Shown here: positions 45,826 to 55,575 of the stretch, piece after piece
How positions within the stretch are numbered: the first letter of the stretch is position 1
How the letters are laid out: every line of letters starts with the position of its first letter
Source: a virus
Lineage: Duplodnaviria > Caudoviricetes
IMG/VR virus record: IMGVR_UViG_2911420635_000004
Coordinates: 21,348-85,347 of that record
Reading direction: 5' to 3' (one strand)
DNA: 64,000 nt
Translations under genes and position numbers: made by a program
The notes under the pieces: model-generated
Database searches by the model: none
What the model was told of the DNA's origin: nothing
The model's input: only the letters and a program-made list of their open reading frames with translations

Positions 45826-48800
45826 ATGTCGGAATATATCGGCAACCGAATCGTCCCTCGCCATGATGGTGTCTGGGACAAAGCAAAAGAATATGAACCT
45901 CTTACCATTGTGTATGAGGAATCCACAGGCGACAGCTATATGAGCCGGAAACCTGTGCCGGCCGGAACGCTTCTATCACAGGAGGAATACTGGGCGATGT
46001 GTTCCCGGTTCTCGGAGCAGATGGCTCTGTACCGTCAGAATACGGCAGAAGAAGTGGAGCAGTTCCGCAAGGATACTGCGGCAGATGTAGAGCAGCTTCG
46101 TACAGATACTGCATCAGATGTGGCGGTCCTGCGCAAGATGACCGCGCAGGATGTGGCGGATATCACCCAGAAGGTCGATGCCGCAAATAGTGCGGTTGCG
46201 GCCAGTAAGTCCGAGATGGATAAGACTGCGGAAATGCTGAAAGCCCAGATCAATGCCAATGTCAAGGCATCTACGGACAAGAATGCCAACTATGCACAGG
46301 AGCTGGTAGATGCCCGTGTGGATGATGAGGGGAAGACTTATCCCACAGCCGGTGACAATATCCGTGCGGTCGGCAGGGTGCGTTCCATGCAGAATATCAT
46401 GAAGAACTGGGTGATCAAAAATGGTTACGCAAACCAGAACGGCAACCTTGTAGCTTCGGAAAGCTGGCGCGTGGCGCACATGGTCCCGGTCAGCGGTGAT
46501 GCGATTCTGGTGGACGGTCAGTTCGGCTATATGAGCGGCCGGAATGACTATAACAACGTGGTCTGCTATGACATGGACCGTAAGTTCCTCGGTGGCTGTT
46601 TCCGGGCAGAGAGCGGCAAGGTCTATGACAACTATGTGATCACACTGCTTCCGAATACCCGTTTCATCTCTGTCACCACCAATGAAAAGCTGTTCTCGAA
46701 GCTCTCGGTGTACCTCTATGACAACATGCTCCCGATGAGATTGCTGTCAAATTACGCAACAGGCTGGCAGTGGATGAACGGCAGCGTGGATATCAGGTTC
46801 ACGGGCAGCAAGGTGACAGTCACATTCCCGGAGGGAAAGAGTGTGTATGTCTGCCGCCGTACAAATGGTATACAGTACGAGCAGACGAAACTGGTGGCGG
46901 AAAACAGTACCTCGTTTGACTTTGCAGTAGTGGGAAAATGGTGGGCGATCTACTATGATGGTGCGGAAGCATCCGCAAACGAGACGGGAGAAAAGACAGA
47001 AGTCCCTGTCATTAAGGTGGAAAATACAAGCGGCGATAGCTGGGGCGATCTATTCACAAAGGGCCGCTTTGTGTTTGCGGTCTTTTTTGACTGGAATGTG
47101 GTATACGCAGCTCCTTCGAGCAGCGGTACAGTCATCAATGGGATCGATTATGGCAATCCAGCCAAGATTGCGAATACTGCGATGACCTGGCACAAGTACC
47201 GTTCAGCAAAGATGTTCCTCGCTACAGGCCAGTTTGCGATCGATACGGTCAACCGCACCATTCAGGTCACGAAACGTATCCTGGCGGTTGTCGATAACGG
47301 TGCTTACTACTGGATCAGTGCTAGTGAGGAGCCGGTACCGATGTTGGATAGCACGGAAGCAGAAAAGCATCACATGCTGATCCTTGCCTATGACTCGTCC
47401 ATAGATCAGATCAATCTTTACAACACTGCACAGTTCCGAGCATTGGGAGTAAACGGCTACTATATCGCTGCATGGTATGAAAACCATTTCTGGTATCCGC
47501 ACATGAGCTCATCTTTCAGCATTGTACTGGATGGCACAACTTATAAGGCTGGTGAGCTTTTCGATGAAGAACGGCGTGATTCCTATATCGAAAAGAAGTA
47601 TGAGGACCGCTTTCAGCAGCTCCGCACGGATCTTGCCGGTAAGGATTCCCGCCATATGTATCTGGCAAGCGGCGGTATTACCATTGACCAGGATGCCGGT
47701 ACGATCCAGGTCAGTACCAAGTGTCTGGGTGTTCCGGATACGTTCCACTATGAGTGGATCATGGCAGGCGATCCGGTAGAGATGGCATTTAACACACCCA
47801 GCTCGACATTTGGTATGCCGATGCGCATCCTCGCTTATGATGCCGGTACGAAAACCATCAATCTGTACGACACCAGCCTGTTCCGAAAGCTGGGTACGAA
47901 TGGTTTCTATATTGCATCCTGGTATCAGAGCAAGCTGTATAATCCGCACATTCACCCGGATGTGAAGTTCATTGTGGGCGGTAAGGAATACAAAGCGGGT
48001 GATCTCTTCGCAGATAACGCGGCATCTTTCATCCCGAAGCGTATCACGGATTATGTGCAGAAAGCCATTACTCCGGCTGTAGAGGATGACATCGTGACCC
48101 CGTCCCACTGGGACTGCATGGAGGGACGCCAGCTTTCCATCTTCTTTGACTGTCTTTCCCGCCACGATGGCAAGGAAAATCTGTATGTGCTCGCCAGAGG
48201 CACGAATGCACCGAGCCTGACCCGGAACGAGTACTGCATGAACTACACGCCGACGAAGGACAGTACGGATTTTGCACTGACCGTCCGCCGTCTGGATGAA
48301 GATGACTGCCATACGGTATCGTCCAAACCTGTCCAGGTCAGGGTCCACCATAAGCTGAAGGACAAGCTCACGAAGAATATCTGCATCTGTGGAGACTCTC
48401 TCGTGGACAATGGTTCTGTGGCAACGGAAGTGTACCGTCTGCTGGCAGAGGATAATGACTGCGTGATCCACCAGCTGGGAACGAGAGGACCGTCTGGCGG
48501 CAAGCACGAAGGACGCGGCAGCTGGACCTTTGCCCGGTATCTGGCAGATACGGATTACGCCGGCAAAACGAATGCGTTCTGGGACAAGATCAAAGGCCGT
48601 CTGGATTTCCAGAAATACTGCGAGACCAACGGCTATGAGGGCATCGATTACTTCCTGATCGCACTTGGCACCAATGATGTGTCACAGGGCACTACACTGT
48701 ACCGCACGGAAGCAGAGGTGCAGAAGTTCGTGGATCAAGCGAAGCAGTTCATCGATGCGCTGCTGGATAAGGAAACGGGCTTCCCGAACTGCAAGATCGG

Positions 48801-49131
48801 TATCGGTCTTTGTGGTCCCGGCTCGGATTATTCTTATCAGTGCGGTTCCAGCATGGGTATCTTCCATATGAGTATCAACACGCTGAACCTTGCACTGATC
48901 AAGGCATTTGATGCTGGCAAGTATCGCAAAAACGTGACCTGTTTTGCCCACGGTCTTCGCACGGACCGCCGTCTGGCATTTCCGTATTCGGATAAGCCGG
49001 TGACGAACCGATTCACGGAAACCAGCCGGACGCTGACCAACAGCATCCACCCGTCCGGAAGAGGCTATCAGGCATGGGCAGACGGCTATTACTGCCAGAT
49101 CCGTGCATGGCTGACAGAAGACAGCAAATAA
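45826..49131 (+). CDS. Large tail/receptor-binding protein with a C-terminal SGNH hydrolase
   Basis: YIGNRIVP N-terminus; GDSL, LGTND, SIHP blocks. Confidence 0.78.
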   Translation: MSEYIGNRIVPRHDGVWDKAKEYEPLTIVYEESTGDSYMSRKPVPAGTLLSQEEYWAMCSRFSEQMALYRQNTAEEVEQFRKDTAADVEQLRTDTASDVAVLRKMTAQDVADITQKVDAANSAVAASKSEMDKTAEMLKAQINANVKASTDKNANYAQELVDARVDDEGKTYPTAGDNIRAVGRVRSMQNIMKNWVIKNGYANQNGNLVASESWRVAHMVPVSGDAILVDGQFGYMSGRNDYNNVVCYDMDRKFLGGCFRAESGKVYDNYVITLLPNTRFISVTTNEKLFSKLSVYLYDNMLPMRLLSNYATGWQWMNGSVDIRFTGSKVTVTFPEGKSVYVCRRTNGIQYEQTKLVAENSTSFDFAVVGKWWAIYYDGAEASANETGEKTEVPVIKVENTSGDSWGDLFTKGRFVFAVFFDWNVVYAAPSSSGTVINGIDYGNPAKIANTAMTWHKYRSAKMFLATGQFAIDTVNRTIQVTKRILAVVDNGAYYWISASEEPVPMLDSTEAEKHHMLILAYDSSIDQINLYNTAQFRALGVNGYYIAAWYENHFWYPHMSSSFSIVLDGTTYKAGELFDEERRDSYIEKKYEDRFQQLRTDLAGKDSRHMYLASGGITIDQDAGTIQVSTKCLGVPDTFHYEWIMAGDPVEMAFNTPSSTFGMPMRILAYDAGTKTINLYDTSLFRKLGTNGFYIASWYQSKLYNPHIHPDVKFIVGGKEYKAGDLFADNAASFIPKRITDYVQKAITPAVEDDIVTPSHWDCMEGRQLSIFFDCLSRHDGKENLYVLARGTNAPSLTRNEYCMNYTPTKDSTDFALTVRRLDEDDCHTVSSKPVQVRVHHKLKDKLTKNICICGDSLVDNGSVATEVYRLLAEDNDCVIHQLGTRGPSGGKHEGRGSWTFARYLADTDYAGKTNAFWDKIKGRLDFQKYCETNGYEGIDYFLIALGTNDVSQGTTLYRTEAEVQKFVDQAKQFIDALLDKETGFPNCKIGIGLCGPGSDYSYQCGSSMGIFHMSINTLNLALIKAFDAGKYRKNVTCFAHGLRTDRRLAFPYSDKPVTNRFTETSRTLTNSIHPSGRGYQAWADGYYCQIRAWLTEDSK

Positions 49132-49259
49132 ATTTCCACTGTCCCTGACAGACATACCTCCCAAATGCCTGTGAAACGGTGTTCATTATAGAAGGAGTAT
49201 ACACAAGGCGGCATTGACCGTCTATTTTTATGCCCAAATGGGCAGGAAAGGACAAGATT

Positions 49260-49673
49260 ATGCAGAATGTGATCGACAAGATTGAATGGATGTTCGCAGG
49301 TCTGGGTGGTTTCCTGGGCTGGTTCTTTGGCGGGTTTGACGGCTTCCTGTATGCACTGGTGGTGTTCGTGGTCTGTGACTACTTCACCGGGGTGCTGGCG
49401 GCAGCCATCAAGCATGAGCTTTCTTCTGAAGTTGGCTTTAAGGGCATCGCCAAAAAGGTGTGCATCTTTGTGCTGGTTGGAATCGCCAACATCATTGACA
49501 CACAGATCATCCAGAATGGAGCCGCCATCCGTACAGCAGTGGTGTTCTTTTATTTGGCGAATGAAGGCCTGAGCTGCCTCGAAAACGCAGCAGTCATCGG
49601 TCTTCCTGTGCCGGAGAAGCTCAAGGAGATGCTGGCACAGCTGAAGGCAGAAAAAGAGAATAAGGACGATTGA
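49260..49673 (+). CDS. Holin (toxin secretion/phage lysis family)
   Basis: FFGGFDGFL..DYFTGV..SSEVGFKGIAKK..NEGLSCLEN. Confidence 0.9.
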   Translation: MQNVIDKIEWMFAGLGGFLGWFFGGFDGFLYALVVFVVCDYFTGVLAAAIKHELSSEVGFKGIAKKVCIFVLVGIANIIDTQIIQNGAAIRTAVVFFYLANEGLSCLENAAVIGLPVPEKLKEMLAQLKAEKENKDD

Positions 49674-49726
49674 TCGATGGGGAGAGGTGTAACAGCCTCT
49701 CCCTCAAATTTTAGGAGGAATGAACC

Positions 49727-50455
49727 ATGAGTAAGAAAGAGTATCCCGCAAAACTGACGACCGGTTATTACCGTGTGCGAGAAGTCTGGGAAGATGAGGC
49801 ATCCCAGTTTGGCGCGTACCGTCTGCTGGCGAATGCAAAAGCCAAGTGCGATGAGAACCCCGGCAGCCGAGTGTTCGACAATGACGGCAACGTGATCTAT
49901 CCGGAAGAGGCTGTCCCGGATACCGGCGCAGATGAGAGTGAGGAGAAAGCAGTCGTGGACGATATCCCGGAAGATAAGCCGGAAACCACAACCCCTGTGG
50001 AAGATACCCCGGCGGAAAAGGAAGCAGAGGATGAAGTTGATAAGAATGAGGAGTCCGCTGTGGATGAGAATGAGTTCCCGACTGCGGAGGAGCTTCCGGC
50101 GACCATTGCCTACGGCAAGCTCAAGACCCTTATGAACATCCGCAAAAAGCCGAGTCTGGATGCAGAGGTCGTAGCGGTCTACAAGAAGAATGCCCTTGTG
50201 GAAGTCGTGCAGTTCTGTGATGGCTGGCTGAAGATCAAATGTGCCGAAGCAGAGGACGGTGTGGCATATGTCCTGAACAGTGCGGATACCTATGCGTTCA
50301 CAGCTGGCAGGATCTATACCGTTGTTCCCGGTGATAATCTCTGGAAGATCGCAGATAAGGAACTGGGAAGCGGCAGCCGCTGTGCAGATATCCGTGTGCT
50401 GAATGGGCTGACTTCCAACGCCATCCGGGTCGGCATGAAACTGCTGATCCCGTAA
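49727..50455 (+). CDS. SH3b plus LysM cell-wall-binding protein with no evident catalytic domain
   Basis: MNIRKKPSLDA..GWLKI; YTVVPGDNLWKIA..IRVGMKLLIP. Confidence 0.82.
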   Translation: MSKKEYPAKLTTGYYRVREVWEDEASQFGAYRLLANAKAKCDENPGSRVFDNDGNVIYPEEAVPDTGADESEEKAVVDDIPEDKPETTTPVEDTPAEKEAEDEVDKNEESAVDENEFPTAEELPATIAYGKLKTLMNIRKKPSLDAEVVAVYKKNALVEVVQFCDGWLKIKCAEAEDGVAYVLNSADTYAFTAGRIYTVVPGDNLWKIADKELGSGSRCADIRVLNGLTSNAIRVGMKLLIP

Positions 50456-50524
50456 CAACAGAATAACCACAGCACGAGGTTCAGAGTGATCTGGGCCTCA
50501 ACTTTTTAGCAGGAGGAAATCATT

Positions 50525-51988
50525 ATGGGATATACCAATAGTCCACTCGTTGTTTACACCAAGCTCTCCCCGAACCATTCCGGGCAGAGGACACACAGTA
50601 TCGACCGCATCACACCGCATTGTGTGGTCGGTCAGCTTTCTGCGGAGAGCATCTGCGGCTGCTTTACCAGCACGAGACGTCAGGCAAGCTGCAACTACGG
50701 CATCGGTACGGATGGGCGGGTGTCACTTTGTGTCGAGGAAAAGAACCGCAGCTGGTGTTCGTCCAGCAATGCCAATGACCAGAGGGCTGTCACCATCGAG
50801 TGCGCCAGCGACATGAATGAGCCGTATGCCATGAACAGTGCCGTATATGACTCTCTCGTCAAGCTCTGCATCGATATCTGCAAGCGTAACGGGAAGAAGA
50901 AGCTCCTGTGGCTGGGTGATAAAAATAAGACACTCAACTATGTTCCGGCGGCAGATGAAATGGTGCTGACTGTTCACCGCTGGTTTGCCAACAAAAGCTG
51001 CCCTGGAAACTGGCTGTATGCCCGCCTGGGTGATCTGGCCGCAAGGGTAACTGTAGCACTGGGCGGTTTATCCTCATCCGGCATGCAGGCTTCTTCGCTC
51101 AAGAATCTCTCGGAAGCAGAAGCCGTGGCAAAGATCGGTCCGCTGTTTACTGCGAACCAGAAAACCACGGGCATCCTTGCCTGCGTGTCGATGGCACAGT
51201 TCATTCTGGAATCCGGCTACGGCAAATCTGAGCTGGCACAGAATGCCAATAACTGCTTCGGCATGAAGACTTCGCTTTCCGGGAACAGCTGGAGCGGCAG
51301 CAGTTGGGATGGCAAGTCCGTCTATACCAAGAAAACGCAGGAGCAGAACGATGACGGTTCGATGGTCACGATCACCGCTGACTTCCGTAAGTACGCCTGT
51401 GTGGAAGACTCCATTGCCGACCATGCGGCATATCTGCTCGGTGCGATGAACGGCAGCAGGAAACGCTACGAGGGTCTGGCAGGCTGCACTGATTACAAGA
51501 AAGCGGCACAGATCATCAAGGATGGTGGCTATGCTACCAGTCACACCTATGTGCAGGATCTCTGCAATATCATCGAGCGTTGGAACCTGACGCAGTACAA
51601 TGCGGCTGCTGGAAGCACCACCATTTCCGGCTGGTACCGTGTCCGTAAGAGCTGGCAGAATGCCGCTTCCCAGAAAGGTGCGTTCCACGACCTCACCTAT
51701 GCAAAGCAGTGCGCGGATAAGAATCCGGGCTATTATGTTTTTGACCCGGCGGGTAAGGCCGTCTACCCGGAACCGAAGTCTTCAGTCCCGTACACTGTGC
51801 GTGTATCCATTAAAGACCTCAACATCCGCAAGGGACCGGGCACGAATTACGGTAAGACCGGTTATTACACCGGAAAGGGCGTGTTTACCATCGTGGCAGA
51901 AGCTGCCGGTGCTGGTTCTGCAAAGGGCTGGGGCAAGCTGAAATCCGGTGCAGGCTGGATCGCACTTGACTTTGCATCCCGTATCTAA
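50525..51988 (+). CDS. Endolysin: amidase_2 plus glucosaminidase plus SH3
   Basis: ITPHCVVG..NYGIG..TIEC..HRWF..CPG; AQFILESGYG..NNCFGMK..GYAT; LNIRKGPGT..GWI. Confidence 0.92.
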   Translation: MGYTNSPLVVYTKLSPNHSGQRTHSIDRITPHCVVGQLSAESICGCFTSTRRQASCNYGIGTDGRVSLCVEEKNRSWCSSSNANDQRAVTIECASDMNEPYAMNSAVYDSLVKLCIDICKRNGKKKLLWLGDKNKTLNYVPAADEMVLTVHRWFANKSCPGNWLYARLGDLAARVTVALGGLSSSGMQASSLKNLSEAEAVAKIGPLFTANQKTTGILACVSMAQFILESGYGKSELAQNANNCFGMKTSLSGNSWSGSSWDGKSVYTKKTQEQNDDGSMVTITADFRKYACVEDSIADHAAYLLGAMNGSRKRYEGLAGCTDYKKAAQIIKDGGYATSHTYVQDLCNIIERWNLTQYNAAAGSTTISGWYRVRKSWQNAASQKGAFHDLTYAKQCADKNPGYYVFDPAGKAVYPEPKSSVPYTVRVSIKDLNIRKGPGTNYGKTGYYTGKGVFTIVAEAAGAGSAKGWGKLKSGAGWIALDFASRI

Positions 51989-52111
51989 AAACAGTCCCCG
52001 TCCTTACAGGGCGGGGCGTACATAAACATTATTGCGAGGTGAATTAGCTGAATGTTAAAGAATATGAAAAAAGACACAGAACCAGGTGTGGGCTGTGCCT
52101 TTCAAAATGGG

Positions 52112-52717
52112 CTATTCCTGTCCGGTTAGCCGATCATATAAGATAACAGTTTCAGATGTTGAAACGCAAATCCGTTCTTTTTTCAGGATTGTTCGTGGGC
52201 GCTGGTTCTCACGGTAATCTCGGTCTGTTTGTGTAAAAGCAGAGCAGCAAACAAAATCACAAACGGAAATGTCACCTGATGAAGTTGATCGGATGATAAA
52301 GATAAAATCAATTGGCGGTGTAGCTTTAGAAATCAGGTAATCAGCTTGTATTTGGGTGCTGAAGGAATAAAAACGCGGCATGTAGGAATGGAGGATAAAG
52401 TCCTGTTCAATTGTTTGCTTTAAGCGAACCAATGCTTCCAGGCGGGGCTTTACACTTTCCTGATATTGAGAGCCTTTTTCGATCTGAGAAAGCATGATTT
52501 TTTTACGCAGGATCATGTCAAGCGTTTTTGACCGGTTGAATCGTGGCAGACTGACATCAGTCAAATATTGAAAACCTGCAAGATGCGGAAATCGCTCAGG
52601 TGGGAAAGCGAGAGTGATGGTATGAAGCTGCTTTTTGTAGCCATATGTAAAAACGTAATTGAACTGCATTAGTTCTTTCCACGTTAATGCCGCTTCATAT
52701 AGTATATCGGTACTCAT
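52112..52717 (-). CDS. PBECR4-like nuclease (Barnase/EndoU/ColE5/RelE fold)
   Basis: ITLAFPPERFPHLAG.QYL.D motif; AAAGGAG RBS; AT-rich, antisense to the phage late genes. Confidence 0.72.
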   Translation of the reverse strand: MSTDILYEAALTWKELMQFNYVFTYGYKKQLHTITLAFPPERFPHLAGFQYLTDVSLPRFNRSKTLDMILRKKIMLSQIEKGSQYQESVKPRLEALVRLKQTIEQDFILHSYMPRFYSFSTQIQADYLISKATPPIDFIFIIRSTSSGDISVCDFVCCSAFTQTDRDYRENQRPRTILKKERICVSTSETVILYDRLTGQE

Positions 52718-52735
52718 GCCATCATCTCCTTTGCC

Positions 52736-52908
52736 AAAAAATAAGAGCCCTGCCGTAGCAAGGCTCTCATTAAGCGTTTTTGTTCGATTCAAAGAATCTA
52801 TTCGGCTTGTGGTTGTCGCATAACCCACGGGCAGGCTCCACAATCGGCTGAAACCGAACCAGTCCACTGCTTCAACGCCACGATAGCTGGTCAATGCCGC
52901 TATCCTCT
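52736..52908 (-). ncRNA. Candidate ~170-nt structured RNA upstream of PBECR4, ending in a terminator
   Basis: TTGTGT-16-TGT-extended TATAAT at 52915-52942; nested stems; GAGAGCCTTGC-TACG-GCAGGGCTCTT terminator before the RBS. Confidence 0.62.
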
Positions 52909-53180
52909 AAGTTCATTATAACACAAAATAACCAGAACACAAGTACTCTGGAATAATTTGTGGCGTGTGAACTATCACGCTCAGTATTAGTATATGCGGA
53001 ATCGGAAAAATCGCAACTGGAAAAAGAAACAAAATAAAAATAAAAATCGTGCAGATAAGACAATAATCTCCCAGATTATTCTCCGTCTTTCTGCGCCGAA
53101 ATTACTTGATAATATCACGAAACAGAGGGAATATGTGACTGCCCAAAGAGAAGAAAACGGGCAGGAAAGGAGCGAAAACT

Positions 53181-55541
53181 ATGAGTACTGGTACGGATTT
53201 CCTTGCAAATCTGCAGAAAAAGACTGTGAAGAATACAGTACAGCAGAAACAGCAGAAGAGAGTAAATGCATCTGCTGTGGATGTCTCGGTTTTACTGGAA
53301 GCCGCTCTTGGGAAAAAGAAACCTGTGGAAGCTGTGGCAGATGTTCGTCAAAGTACGGATGCTGCCACAGCTTCTTTTTTACCACTGGCTGATACGCACC
53401 AGGGCAGGTCTACTCAACAAAAACCCAAAAACGCATCAGATAAAAAACAGACACCCCAAAAATCAAAAGACATCGTGGACGCCGGTATCACAGCTCTTAT
53501 CCAGAAAGCTCTGGATGCCAAAAAGGTCATGGCAGAGCCGGACATTGTAGAACGGCTGCAGAGCAGTATGGAGAGTGAGTTTACGAAGCTCTTCACACCG
53601 GAAGAACCGCAGGATAACAAGTTCGTTTCGACGGCGACCTTCCGGGCTACCAAAAAGAAAGCCGGAACCCTTAATGTGGCAGCTTACATCCGCGTTTCTA
53701 CGGACATGAGCGACCAGGAGAACTCCTATGAAACGCAGGAAAAATACTTTAACCAGCTGATTGAAAATAATCCGGCATGGAATGCAGTCGGTGTGTACTC
53801 CGATTACGGCATCTCCGGCACTTCCAAGGAAAAGAGAACCGGATTCCGCCGACTGATGCGCCATTGTAAGGACGGGAAGATCGACCGCATTGTGTGCAAG
53901 TCCATATCACGATTTGCCCGAAACACGGCTGACTTTATGAGTGCACTGGATGTCCTGCATGACTGCGGGGTAACGATTCTGTTCGAGAAAGAAAATCTGG
54001 ATACGGCAGACCCGACCAGCGACTTCATCCTTACGACACTGGCAGCCATTGCACAGGAAGAAAGCCGCAGCATTTCCAGCAACATCCGGCTGGGGCAGAA
54101 GATGCGCTTTCCGAAGGGGGATGTTCCAAACAAGATCATGTACGGATACCGCTACAATGGGAAGATGGTTACCTCCGAGAGCGGATATGAGTATAAAGAT
54201 ATTGAGATCGTTGAGGAAGAAGCCAGGGTCGTCCGGCGCATTTTCCATGAAGTCGTGGAAGGGAAAGCCTATACGGAGATTGCAAGGGGACTGAACATGG
54301 ACAAGATTCCGGCTCCTGTCACCGACGCAGTGAGAGTAAGAAAGAAAAAATCCAAGAAAGGGCAGTTAAACAGTGATCTGCTGGATGGATGGACAGGCGG
54401 AAATATCACGCGGATCGTCCGTGCCGAGCGGTACATGGGTGCAGTCCTTATCCAGAAGAAGTTCACATCGGATTACCTGACACATGAAGTCCGGGACAAC
54501 AAAGGCGAAGTCCCTCAGTATTTTGTCCGGAACCATCATCCGGCAATCGTTGACGAGGACCTGTTTGAAAAGGCACAGGAAGTCGTAAAAGTAAACAGCG
54601 ATTTATATAACAGGACAAGATCCGGCAAGAAGCCGAGAGCGTTTTCCCAAAGACTAATCTGCGGGGAGTGCGGCCGCTTTTTCCATGTGACAAACGGAAA
54701 TGGGAACTATCCCATCTGGCGGTGCCCGACGAGCAGCCGGACGACAGGAAACCGTATCTGCCATGCAGAAAAAGTATACGAGGAACAGGTTGTCCGAGCC
54801 TTCCGTAAAGCAGTTCTGGAGCGGTTCCGGCTGACGCTTAAGCCCATCCATGACAACGTGGCTGTGGCAGACATCATGAGCGGCCGGTTCAAAGAGCAGT
54901 ATGACAACTTCACCCCGGAAGCAGATTCTTTTGTAAGCCAGATGCTTGCACGGCTGGAGAGCATTCAGAAGCTGGATTTTATGGAACGCGACCGTGCTTT
55001 TTATAAAAAGCAGATAGCGGCCGCACACACCAGTGTGGAAAGCACCAGTAAGAAGATCCGGCTCCTGAAAAGTCAGGTGGATGTGATGCAGACCCGTCTG
55101 GAACTTCTCGGTGACGAGATGATCGACCCTGCTTCTATTGAGGAGAAGAAAAAGCTCATTGAGAAACTGGAGTGTGATATTCAGAAGGACACGGACACTG
55201 AGCAGAAACTGACCGAACAGCTCGACTATATGGAAGACTACTGGGAAGAACTGGAGGGCGATTATGAACGAAGGGAAAAGGCAATCGGGTGGATGAAGAG
55301 CCTCCCGGCGGGGCGGGATGGTACGGTGGCCTTTCTGAATGAAGTGACCGAAGAACACTGCAAGGCATTCCTCCTCTCCATCACGATCCATTCACCGCTG
55401 AAGTTTACGGTCCACTGGTTCGATGACACCAAGACCGAGGTAGAGATGGATTCCAATATTGAAGATTACCGCAATACCGCAAGCTATTATGACGGGCATA
55501 CGATGCGCGACGGCAGCCAGCGGAAGAGGCATGTAAGATAA
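53181..55541 (+). CDS. Large serine recombinase 1
   Basis: AAYIRVST, YSDYGISGT, KSISRFARN, HHPAIV, Zn ribbon CGECG. Confidence 0.93.
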   Translation: MSTGTDFLANLQKKTVKNTVQQKQQKRVNASAVDVSVLLEAALGKKKPVEAVADVRQSTDAATASFLPLADTHQGRSTQQKPKNASDKKQTPQKSKDIVDAGITALIQKALDAKKVMAEPDIVERLQSSMESEFTKLFTPEEPQDNKFVSTATFRATKKKAGTLNVAAYIRVSTDMSDQENSYETQEKYFNQLIENNPAWNAVGVYSDYGISGTSKEKRTGFRRLMRHCKDGKIDRIVCKSISRFARNTADFMSALDVLHDCGVTILFEKENLDTADPTSDFILTTLAAIAQEESRSISSNIRLGQKMRFPKGDVPNKIMYGYRYNGKMVTSESGYEYKDIEIVEEEARVVRRIFHEVVEGKAYTEIARGLNMDKIPAPVTDAVRVRKKKSKKGQLNSDLLDGWTGGNITRIVRAERYMGAVLIQKKFTSDYLTHEVRDNKGEVPQYFVRNHHPAIVDEDLFEKAQEVVKVNSDLYNRTRSGKKPRAFSQRLICGECGRFFHVTNGNGNYPIWRCPTSSRTTGNRICHAEKVYEEQVVRAFRKAVLERFRLTLKPIHDNVAVADIMSGRFKEQYDNFTPEADSFVSQMLARLESIQKLDFMERDRAFYKKQIAAAHTSVESTSKKIRLLKSQVDVMQTRLELLGDEMIDPASIEEKKKLIEKLECDIQKDTDTEQKLTEQLDYMEDYWEELEGDYERREKAIGWMKSLPAGRDGTVAFLNEVTEEHCKAFLLSITIHSPLKFTVHWFDDTKTEVEMDSNIEDYRNTASYYDGHTMRDGSQRKRHVR

Positions 55542-55575
55542 GACCAGTTGCAAGGCTGGAAGAAAGGAGCAGATT

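Noticed and set aside
45826-51988. Diversity-generating retroelement near the tail/receptor gene
   Set aside because: No reverse transcriptase ORF and no template/variable repeat pair differing at adenines was seen
52736-52908. tRNA, tmRNA or group I/II intron
   Set aside because: No cloverleaf, T-loop/CCA, tag frame or intron core motifs; no tRNA or rRNA gene was seen anywhere in the window
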